DNA of 64,000 nucleotides from an uncultured Erysipelotrichaceae bacterium. GTDB lineage: Bacteria; Bacillota_I; Bacilli_A; Erysipelotrichales; Erysipelotrichaceae. Position 1 is the stretch's first letter; every line of letters begins with the position of its first letter. Shown in pieces: positions 33,458-41,736 of the stretch. The translations under genes were made by a program, and so were the position numbers. The stretch is from the NCBI GenBank assembly GCA_944326795.1, contig CALVFJ010000001.1:16795-80794 (forward strand). The letters are read 5' to 3'. The notes under the pieces are model-generated. The model ran no database searches, was not told the DNA's origin, and saw nothing but the letters and a program-made list of their open reading frames with translations.

Positions 33458-36400
33458 AAAAATGGATTATCTTTATATTAACGCTGATATTGGGGCTTAG
33501 CTTAGATATCATGAAGCCATGGGCACAAATTAGCGAAGAATCCTTTGCGCCTGCCGTTGCGACAGTGGAAACGCAAGATATATTGGCAAGAATTGCTTGT
33601 AATGAAAATATGATGATCTTGATCGGAAATGAACAGGATCAAGATTTTCAGCAATTGTTAGATGCATTTACTGATGTGTTAGCGCAAAGTGATCAAAACG
33701 TTGCATCACATATTGTAAAGATAACTAAGATAGATGATGAAGCATTGATCAAAAAATTTATTGATCATGCATATGATGAAAATGATAAGCAGTTGATCAT
33801 GGAAGCTTTTGCTGATATTTTACAAGGATCTACCGGAAACTTTGCTATTGTTGATGTATTTAATGCCACGATAACAAAAGTTACGTCATATAGCTTAAAA
33901 TTAGCTGATGGATTGACGATAGCGGATGTTGCTAGCATAGAGCTAGGGCTGATGTATCATAAACTGATAAATCAGCTACGACCTGAAATTTCTTTGATGG
34001 CGGTTAATGGTGCCAACGAAGGGGATCAGTGGAATTTTAATGCCAAAGCGCGTATCCAGGAATTTACCGCCCCTGTTAATGGCAATTATTTGGTCAAGCT
34101 TTGGGGTGCCGATGGTGATTCGGATATGGGATCTAAAACATATGGAGTCAATGAGCAAAGTGTTCCGCATACTACAGGAATCGGTGGCGGTGGGGGATAT
34201 ACCCAAGGGATCATCCATTTAGAACAAGGACAAACCATCTATCTAGCTTTAGGTTTCCGTAATGATATGTCAGGCAAAAGATCATATAATGGCGGTGGCA
34301 AAGGCTTAGGTGCCAGTTATGGTTATCGTTCAGGCGGTGGCGGAGCTGCATCTGCTTATTTGAGCGAACAAGGCAATGGCGAAATAAATGCTTATCAAAA
34401 TGCTCAAGATCAGATCATCATGATCGCAGGTGGTGGAGGCGGAGCTGAAGATTTCTTCGCGCCTTCTTGGCAAAATTATTATTGTAATTTTAATGTGTGT
34501 ATCACATCGATCGGTGGAAGCGGTGGAAGTAATCCTACCAGTGGAACAAGCAGTGGTGGTATAGGAAGTGGAGGAAACTATCAGTTTGGAATTGGTGAAG
34601 ATTATGCTTCTTATGAGAATTCGTCATCAGGTGGTGGCGGCGGTGGTCTATATGGTGGTCGTTCAGCAAATAATACAAGTTTAGTATTACGTGGCGGAAC
34701 AGGTGGCGGTGGTTTAAGCTATATTAATGAAGCTATCGTTAAAGATGGACATATGACAAACGGCGAATCGGTTAATTATCAATGGGTAGGTGATGCCTAC
34801 GGCTTTGATGATGGCGAAAATGCCAAGGCTAGCATTGAATTGATCTCAATTGATAAATATCAGCTTACCATCAATTATTTAGATAAATATACCGATCAAG
34901 CTATTCATGAAACATACCAAGAAATGATAACTTTGGGTAGTGATTATCAAGTACCTTCACCAGATATTGATGGTTATGGCGTCAGTGATGAAGATCAAAT
35001 AATAATTGAGGGAGTCATGCCAGATCATGATGTAGTAATTGATGTTTATTATGATTATGCAACTTTAAAGATATATTACCTAGATCATGAAACGCATGAA
35101 GATCTTGCAGAACCATATATCGTGCATCTTAAAAGTGGTACAGAGTATGAAAAGCAATCACCAGATATTGATGGCTATGTAAGATTTGATGGTGATCATG
35201 ATGTCATCAAAGGCATAAAAAATTTAAAAGAGGAAATTTATCATGTTTACTATGTTCCATCATTTGAACCTATTAAAGATATCATCATGGTCAATGATGA
35301 AGTTATTGATAAAGAAACAAGTGATCATGGTGTACAATTAAAAGCTGGTGATATCGTAACCTATCAAATCTCATATGAAAATAAACGAGGCGTTGAGGTC
35401 AAGGAAACGATCGAGGATGAATTAAGCGATAGTTTGGAATATATGGAATACATCAAAGATCATGAGCCAATAATTACTGATAAGAAACTTACTTGGAATT
35501 TAGAGATTGCCCCTCAAAGTAGTGGCAGCGTAAGCTTTAAAGCTAAGGTCAAAGATACGGATGAAAAGACGATCGATAACTGGTCAAGAAAAGATCCTTA
35601 TATCAGCTATTCGATAGTAAAGGATAGTGATCCCCGACCTGGTGAGCAAGTAGGCTATGATCAAGAAGTAACGTATTATTTAAAAGTAAAAAATAATGGT
35701 TCAAATACCGTTAATAATTTATTAGTAGTGGATAAGATACCGGAAAATACTGCGTTTAGCTGGGTCGATCATGATTACCATGGACAGTATATAGCTGATG
35801 CTAATTATGTACGTTTTGTCATAGATGAATTATTACCTGATCAAACTGCGCTTTTATCCTTTAAAGTAAAAGTAACAGCTAAGATCATGGACGATAGTTT
35901 TTTGCTCATAGAAAATAAGGCTCATTATGATAATTTTGCAGGCAAAATTGATGATCTAACAAAAGATGAACAAGTTATGCAAAATAACAATATTACCAAT
36001 ACCATTAAACATGAGGTAGTTGGTGTTAAGATCGATGCCTTAAAGACCAGCGATCCAATTGATGGTATGATGGTTAATGCCGGGCAGATCATTACTTACA
36101 ATGTAAGCTTGATAAATAATGGAACCGTAAAATCCAATTATTTAAGGGTTCAAGATGAAATTCCTGCTGGTACTAGTTTTGTTGATGGCAGTTTAAATTT
36201 AATAACGGATAATCCTGCATCAGATCAAAAATATGCTTTTTCACATGGCGAATCATTTGATATTCATTATGATCTAAATAATAAGCAATATTATTTATCG
36301 AATATTGGAGAAATTAAAACGACTAGTGGTAACGCAGCACAAGCATTTCAAATTTCATGGAAGGGTGATATTTCATTAGTCGCTGAAGAAGTTCCAAGTG

Positions 36401-38688
36401 GCTGGAACAAATTTAATGTTAATGGTAATGTGCGATATTTTAATGTTTCAAAAAATAATACCCAAGAAGCAATCAAAGAATATTTAAGTTCATTACGTTT
36501 TAGCGGTGAATATGGAACGGTTGGCGAAATAGTGCTAAATGTATTTGATACTTCTTCAATGATAGGACGTTTTGATGATGAAGGCGTCATTCATTTTTAT
36601 CAATATGTCAGCGGAGCATATAATTGGAATAGTGCTAATAGTAAAGCAAGTTCTTCGTGGTTTGCTGGGTTGCAAGGTTATCTAGCGACCATTACTTCTG
36701 CTGATGAAATGAATTTTTTGCAAACTTCGGTTGCGACGAAAGAAGGATGGATCGGCTCAAGATATACTGGCGGATATTGGAAATGGGTCACTGGTCCGGA
36801 AAAGGGAGAAGCTTGGTGGAAAGGAACCAATCGAGGCTCAGCAATAGGAAAATATTCTCACTGGAATAGTGGCGAGCCAAATAATTCTGGCGGCAATGAA
36901 GATTGTGTCGTGGCTTATTATTCCACGCAGGCATGGTGGAATGACTGGGCTGCTTCACAGACGACCGGCTATTATGTCGAGTATTCTGATGGTTATAATG
37001 GGTACTATATGCCAAAATCTAAATACGCTACTGAACTTCCTACGCCTAGCAATTCTGGAGGTTGTAAATATATTGCAGCTAATGACAAGTATTTTGTCGA
37101 ATGTGTTACATCGGATATTGAACCGGATAAAAAGGTCACAATGACATTTAAGGTCAAAGTGAATGATCCTTTAAGCACTGGCATAAATGAAATCGTAAAT
37201 ACGGCATATTTTGAAAATAGTTTTGAAGATCTAGGATATGCAGGCACTAAAGATGAAGCACCTGATAAACCATCTAATACGACCATTCATCCGTTGGAAG
37301 GAAAACAGCCGATCATTACGGCTGTTAAAGATTCTGATCCCAAAAGCGGCAGCGTCGTTGATATCTTAGACACGATCATCTATAAGATACATGTAGAAAA
37401 TAAAGGCAATAGTCAAGCTAAATATATATTGGTTCGTGAATACTTGCCAGAACATACAGCATATATACCACAAAGTATTTCTCATGATGGCACATATCAG
37501 CTAAATGCGGATAGACCATATGTTCAATGGCTGATTCAGGATCTTCCGTCAAAAGGCGATGTTGATCTATATTATGGGGTTCAAGTTAATAAAGATGCCC
37601 CATATGATGCTAAAATCGAAAGAGCTGCACTTTATGAAGCCTTTACTCTAGAACCAGACGAAGCAATACTGGCTAAAGATCCAATAGAACAAACCAACAA
37701 GACCGTTCATTATCTTCATGAAGTAGATCAAGAAGATGAGAAAATGGTTGTTTTAAACAAGCAAGCTGAGCCCCAAAACGATAGCTATGTCCATCGTGAA
37801 GAAACGATACGCTATGATCTGCAAGTCAAAAATACTGCAAAGACGACCGTAAGATATATCATCGTTCATGATAAGATCCCTGCTTCAACTTCACTGGTTG
37901 AAATTGCACAGATCGAAAAGGCCACCAGTAAACAAATAGGCGATGATATTTATTGGGAGATAACAGATTTGCCGCCAGATACGGCATTAACATTATCTTT
38001 TGTGGTCAAAGTGGATAAAGAAAGCTTAAGTTCTCAGATCATCAATTATGCTTCATATGGCACATCGACTCGTAAAGATCTTTCAGATGAAGAAAAACAA
38101 GATTTGTTGACCAATAAAAGCAATTTGGTCATCCATAATATCTATGAAGCACAAGTTGAAGTAGTAAAAAATGCCGATATCGAAGCAGGTAGCCTTGTTG
38201 GGCGAGGACGCAAGATCACCTATACTTTAGCGATAACCAATTCTTCGCAAACAACAGCTAACTATGTGGCATTAGCTGATGCGATACCTCAAGGAACGAT
38301 GCTTGATGCTCATAGCATAAGATATGATGACAAAAATGATTTGTGCCAGCTTGATAGCACTAAGAATCATCTATATTTTGTATTGCATGATCTAAAACCA
38401 AAGGAAACCAGAAGCGTCAGCTTTAGCGTGATCGTCAGTGATGAATGTCGCGATGGTCAAATTATCGAAAATCAAGCTTTTTATGAGTTGTCAAATGTAA
38501 GACCTGCAGCTATCGATAGCGAAGATTTCCATCATCCGCAGCAGCCGACCAATAAGATCATTCATTATGTAGCAATCGGTACCGATGTTTTACCGACTGG
38601 TGGTAAAGGCTTTAGCAGATCATATTATGGTGTAGTTATTTTGTTGATATGGGTTGGTGCATGGATAATAAACAAAAAAAGTCGTTGA
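33454..38688 (+). CDS. Giant cell-surface adhesin (candidate pilus tip). Order: signal, N-domain, glycine-rich (ALK-GRD-like) domain, 2x MucBP, ~6 DUF11/CARDB-like repeats with a nested C-type lectin domain, LPTGG sorting signal
   Basis: 1,744 aa. Gly-rich blocks GGGGGYTQG, GGGGAASAY and GGGGGGLYGG at 34030-34850. MucBP-like repeats (YQLTINYLDKY..., LKIYYLDHE...) at 34855-35250. Repeats of the form DSDP..G..V....I.Y.I.V.N.G...A....V.D.IP. The C-terminus is VLPTGG (38587-38604) followed by a hydrophobic helix and KKSR. Confidence 0.85.
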   Translation: MKKWIIFILTLILGLSLDIMKPWAQISEESFAPAVATVETQDILARIACNENMMILIGNEQDQDFQQLLDAFTDVLAQSDQNVASHIVKITKIDDEALIKKFIDHAYDENDKQLIMEAFADILQGSTGNFAIVDVFNATITKVTSYSLKLADGLTIADVASIELGLMYHKLINQLRPEISLMAVNGANEGDQWNFNAKARIQEFTAPVNGNYLVKLWGADGDSDMGSKTYGVNEQSVPHTTGIGGGGGYTQGIIHLEQGQTIYLALGFRNDMSGKRSYNGGGKGLGASYGYRSGGGGAASAYLSEQGNGEINAYQNAQDQIIMIAGGGGGAEDFFAPSWQNYYCNFNVCITSIGGSGGSNPTSGTSSGGIGSGGNYQFGIGEDYASYENSSSGGGGGGLYGGRSANNTSLVLRGGTGGGGLSYINEAIVKDGHMTNGESVNYQWVGDAYGFDDGENAKASIELISIDKYQLTINYLDKYTDQAIHETYQEMITLGSDYQVPSPDIDGYGVSDEDQIIIEGVMPDHDVVIDVYYDYATLKIYYLDHETHEDLAEPYIVHLKSGTEYEKQSPDIDGYVRFDGDHDVIKGIKNLKEEIYHVYYVPSFEPIKDIIMVNDEVIDKETSDHGVQLKAGDIVTYQISYENKRGVEVKETIEDELSDSLEYMEYIKDHEPIITDKKLTWNLEIAPQSSGSVSFKAKVKDTDEKTIDNWSRKDPYISYSIVKDSDPRPGEQVGYDQEVTYYLKVKNNGSNTVNNLLVVDKIPENTAFSWVDHDYHGQYIADANYVRFVIDELLPDQTALLSFKVKVTAKIMDDSFLLIENKAHYDNFAGKIDDLTKDEQVMQNNNITNTIKHEVVGVKIDALKTSDPIDGMMVNAGQIITYNVSLINNGTVKSNYLRVQDEIPAGTSFVDGSLNLITDNPASDQKYAFSHGESFDIHYDLNNKQYYLSNIGEIKTTSGNAAQAFQISWKGDISLVAEEVPSGWNKFNVNGNVRYFNVSKNNTQEAIKEYLSSLRFSGEYGTVGEIVLNVFDTSSMIGRFDDEGVIHFYQYVSGAYNWNSANSKASSSWFAGLQGYLATITSADEMNFLQTSVATKEGWIGSRYTGGYWKWVTGPEKGEAWWKGTNRGSAIGKYSHWNSGEPNNSGGNEDCVVAYYSTQAWWNDWAASQTTGYYVEYSDGYNGYYMPKSKYATELPTPSNSGGCKYIAANDKYFVECVTSDIEPDKKVTMTFKVKVNDPLSTGINEIVNTAYFENSFEDLGYAGTKDEAPDKPSNTTIHPLEGKQPIITAVKDSDPKSGSVVDILDTIIYKIHVENKGNSQAKYILVREYLPEHTAYIPQSISHDGTYQLNADRPYVQWLIQDLPSKGDVDLYYGVQVNKDAPYDAKIERAALYEAFTLEPDEAILAKDPIEQTNKTVHYLHEVDQEDEKMVVLNKQAEPQNDSYVHREETIRYDLQVKNTAKTTVRYIIVHDKIPASTSLVEIAQIEKATSKQIGDDIYWEITDLPPDTALTLSFVVKVDKESLSSQIINYASYGTSTRKDLSDEEKQDLLTNKSNLVIHNIYEAQVEVVKNADIEAGSLVGRGRKITYTLAITNSSQTTANYVALADAIPQGTMLDAHSIRYDDKNDLCQLDSTKNHLYFVLHDLKPKETRSVSFSVIVSDECRDGQIIENQAFYELSNVRPAAIDSEDFHHPQQPTNKIIHYVAIGTDVLPTGGKGFSRSYYGVVILLIWVGAWIINKKSR

Positions 38689-39374
38689 TAAAACTAATGA
38701 TGATCATGGCTTGGATGCTTCTGATATCAACTTCCACATATCTCATCAATGAACAAAAACGGATATATCAAGAAAAAAATAAGGAACAAAGCATCAAAAA
38801 AATGATCGATGAAAATGAACATGCTTTTGATATGTTGGCGAAGATCAATCCTGACCTACTTGCTATTCTAAATTTTGATGATGCTTTTATCTCTTTACCA
38901 ATCGTTAAAGGAACAGATAATGCATATTATCTTCAGCACGCTTTTGATGGTAGCTATAGTTCACAAGGCACGGCTTTTGTTGATGTTAGGTATCAAAATA
39001 CTGATCAGATCATGTTTATATATGGGCATAATGTTTATTATGATCCAAACGCAATGTTTTCGCCATTGGCATCGTTGTTAGATCAAGATGAATTTGAACG
39101 TCATGATAAATTTGAACTGATCTATCAAGATCATAAAGAAAGCTATGGTATCTGCATGAGCTTGCTGGTAGATGTTGAAGATCAACAGGTCATGCAGACC
39201 CAATTTGCATCGTTAATAGCTTGGCAAACATGGTATGAGCGATTGAAAAGTTATGCAATGCTTGAATCGTCATATCATGTGCCAAGCTTTGCAGATAAAA
39301 TGGTCATCTTGCAGACTTGTTATGAGCGCGACGTGAATAAACGCATTTGGATTGTTGCAAAAAAGATTTCCTGA
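38661..39374 (+). CDS. srtB: Class B sortase
   Basis: INPDLLAILNF...LPIVKGTDNAYYL, IYGHNVYYDPNAMF and MVILQTCYERDVNKRIWIVAKKI parallel S. aureus SrtB blocks (INKDIVGWI, LYGHHV..NTMF, MTLSTC...KRIVVVAKII). The start is uncertain (38649, 38661 or 38697) and overlaps the end of the adhesin gene. Confidence 0.8.
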   Translation: MDNKQKKSLIKLMMIMAWMLLISTSTYLINEQKRIYQEKNKEQSIKKMIDENEHAFDMLAKINPDLLAILNFDDAFISLPIVKGTDNAYYLQHAFDGSYSSQGTAFVDVRYQNTDQIMFIYGHNVYYDPNAMFSPLASLLDQDEFERHDKFELIYQDHKESYGICMSLLVDVEDQQVMQTQFASLIAWQTWYERLKSYAMLESSYHVPSFADKMVILQTCYERDVNKRIWIVAKKIS

Positions 39375-39403
39375 TAGAATTAAATAAGAAAGGTGAATAG
39401 GCA

Positions 39404-40063
39404 ATGAAGATTTATCCGATATATCATAGCGGTTTTTTGGTTGAATTAACAAATCATTATTTATTATTTGATCTTTGGCAACGTCAGCTGCCTTTGCTGG
39501 ATGTTGCTAAGCCCATGTTTGTTTTTGTATCACATGCCCATCATGATCACTATGATCCTAGGATCAAGCAATTAGCGAATTACTATCAAGAATGTCATTT
39601 TGTTGTCAATGGTATCGATGATCCTGATTATTTACAGGCACAGCCAGATAAGGAATACAACATCGATGATGTAATCATCAAGACCATAGGATCTACGGAT
39701 GAAGGGGTAGCATATCTGGTCGAAGCGGAAGGTAAGAAGATCTTTCATGCTGGCGATCTTCATTTGTGGTATTGGGATGATGATACCGAAGAAGAACATT
39801 TAACCATGTATCAGGCATACCGCAGGGAAATAAGCAAGTTGGAAGGAACGAAGATCGATATTGCTTTTTTGGTTTGTGATAATCGGCAGGATGATAAAGA
39901 TGCTTTAGCTGGCATCGAGCTTTTTGCTCAATTGGTCAAGCCAGCCTTGATCATTCCGATGCATGGTGGATTTGGGATTGACAAGACCAAAGAGCGAATA
40001 GCTAAGCTTGATAAAAGGATAAATATCATTTATCTAAGGGAGCATGAAGTATATGAAATTTAA
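39404..40063 (+). CDS. MBL-fold metallo-hydrolase
   Basis: The SHAHHDH motif (HxHxDH) plus downstream His/Asp ligands. 219 aa. Confidence 0.75.
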   Translation: MKIYPIYHSGFLVELTNHYLLFDLWQRQLPLLDVAKPMFVFVSHAHHDHYDPRIKQLANYYQECHFVVNGIDDPDYLQAQPDKEYNIDDVIIKTIGSTDEGVAYLVEAEGKKIFHAGDLHLWYWDDDTEEEHLTMYQAYRREISKLEGTKIDIAFLVCDNRQDDKDALAGIELFAQLVKPALIIPMHGGFGIDKTKERIAKLDKRINIIYLREHEVYEI

Positions 40064-40415
40064 GATGATCCATGAAAATTACAATGTCAGCAATTTGGCA
40101 GCTTCTTTAGCTTTTTATGAAGAAGCTTTAGGCCTAAAAGAAACCCGAAGAAAGACCAGCGATGATTTTATCATCGTATATCTAAAAAATGAAAATAGTC
40201 CATTTGAATTAGAACTAACTTGGTTAAAAGATCATCCGCAAAAATATGATCTAGGTGAAACAGAATTTCATCTAGCGTTTGAGGTCGATGATTATGCGGC
40301 AGCCTATGATAAGCATCAACAAATGGGCTGTGTATGTTTTGTTAACGAGGCTATGGGCATCTATTTTATTGAAGATCCCGATGGCTATTGGCTGGAGATC
40401 GTTCCGGCCAAATAA
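40053..40415 (+). CDS. VOC-family protein, glyoxalase I-like
   Basis: HENYNVSNLAASLAFYEEALGLK...FELELTW...HLAFEVDD...IEDPDGYWLEIV is the typical lactoylglutathione-lyase-like pattern. The start could be 40044, 40053 or 40065. Confidence 0.75.
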   Translation: MKFKMIHENYNVSNLAASLAFYEEALGLKETRRKTSDDFIIVYLKNENSPFELELTWLKDHPQKYDLGETEFHLAFEVDDYAAAYDKHQQMGCVCFVNEAMGIYFIEDPDGYWLEIVPAK

Positions 40416-40416
40416 A

Positions 40417-40445
40417 AAACCAGCTTATTGCTGGTTTATTTTTTG
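40417..40445. terminator. Bidirectional terminator between the glyoxalase-like gene and ddl
   Basis: AAACCAGC-TTATT-GCTGGTTT flanked by A6 and T6 runs. Confidence 0.65.
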
Positions 40446-41644
40446 GCATATGTTGCTAGAACGTTAGTATCAAATGAGAAGGTCATCTTATTTTTGCGGC
40501 GATCTAGATCTAAGGCGTCATTGATCATATCATCCAATAGTTGGGTGAATGAAACGCCTAACGGGCTCCATAGATAATAAGCTAATGAACCAGGAATGGT
40601 ATTTATCTCGGTGATGTAGATCTCATCGTTATCAGTGTTCAACATGAAATCGATACGGCAGATCCCGCTAGCTTGCAAGATTTCAAAAGTCTTTAAAGCT
40701 AAGGATTTGATCTTAGCGGTTTGCTCATCAGCAATCGGAGCGGGAACCAAGCGAGCGGCACTAGCCATTCCTTTTGAAGGACCGCTTTTGGTATAAGCTA
40801 CCTTGTTAGGGGTTTTTCCTTTACCTAGTTTATTGCCTTGTGGCAGATATTTTTCTTGGAAATCTAAGATCTTGCCATCTTTGGTTTCGTTGGTTAGTTC
40901 AAGTTCACTAGCTTTATGATCAAAGTGGGTTCCTCTTACGGAACAATTGACTTCTTTAAAGTTTTTGATAAGTTTCTCGATGATGATCTTAAAATCATAT
41001 TTGCCAGTTTCTTCAATGGCTTTAATTAATTCTTCTTGGTCATGAGCAATTTCGATCCCGATGCTTGATCCAAGACAGGCAGGTTTTAGGATCACCGGAT
41101 ATCCTAATTTGTTAACTTTAGCAATAACGTTTTCAGGATCTTTATCGTATTCATCAGCGTATATCCATGTCCAATCTGCAAGTGGCAAGCCATGATGAGC
41201 AAGGATGCTTTTCATGAATATCTTATCTTGTCCCACACCGGCAGGGATCGTTGAACAGCCGGTATATGGTACTTTAAGCATTTCTAAGAAACCTTGTAGG
41301 CTACCATCTTCACCATTGGTGCCATGAACGATCGGCATGACGACATCGATGGTATTGATGGTCTTGGAAAATAAACCTTTATTTACCGGTTCGATATATA
41401 CCTTGCCTTTTTTCTTGATCAAGGATACTTGTGTACATTTATTTAAAAGATCATTTAAATTTACGAAGTTGGCAATGTCGCTCAAAGCTTCACCAACATA
41501 GAAATCACGTTGTTTAGAAATGTAGATAGGAATGATCTCGTACTTGTTTTTATCTAAGTTTTCGATGGCCTGCGAAGCGGAGATAATGCTGATTTCATGT
41601 TCAACGCTTTCGCCGCCAAACATAACGGCAACCTTTAATTTCAT
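40436..41644 (-). CDS. ddl: D-alanine--D-alanine ligase (long form with an expanded omega-loop region)
   Basis: MKLKVAVMFGGESVEHEISIISA, HGTNGEDGSLQGFLE, GYPVILKPA..GSSIG and EINTIPG are Ddl hallmarks. Start at 41644 with GGAGGA upstream. Confidence 0.9.
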   Translation of the reverse strand: MKLKVAVMFGGESVEHEISIISASQAIENLDKNKYEIIPIYISKQRDFYVGEALSDIANFVNLNDLLNKCTQVSLIKKKGKVYIEPVNKGLFSKTINTIDVVMPIVHGTNGEDGSLQGFLEMLKVPYTGCSTIPAGVGQDKIFMKSILAHHGLPLADWTWIYADEYDKDPENVIAKVNKLGYPVILKPACLGSSIGIEIAHDQEELIKAIEETGKYDFKIIIEKLIKNFKEVNCSVRGTHFDHKASELELTNETKDGKILDFQEKYLPQGNKLGKGKTPNKVAYTKSGPSKGMASAARLVPAPIADEQTAKIKSLALKTFEILQASGICRIDFMLNTDNDEIYITEINTIPGSLAYYLWSPLGVSFTQLLDDMINDALDLDRRKNKMTFSFDTNVLATYAKK

Positions 41645-41736
41645 CTTTTTCCTCCAATAGTCATCAATTATTTTAAACCTTTCTTGAATTTTAAACAATA
41701 TGCTTTACAATTAATGTATATAGAAAAGGAATATTT

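Noticed and set aside
34190-34720. Repetitive GGTGGCGG/GGAGGC DNA that could be mistaken for a tandem repeat or array
   Set aside because: These are glycine codon runs within one long open frame. There is no constant-length repeat/spacer periodicity, so this is neither a CRISPR array nor a VNTR.
36595-36987. The C-type-lectin fold as the variable region of a diversity-generating retroelement (DGR)
   Set aside because: There is no reverse transcriptase, template repeat or accessory (avd-like) gene in the window. I noticed no second near-identical DNA copy of this segment. The domain is also internal rather than C-terminal.
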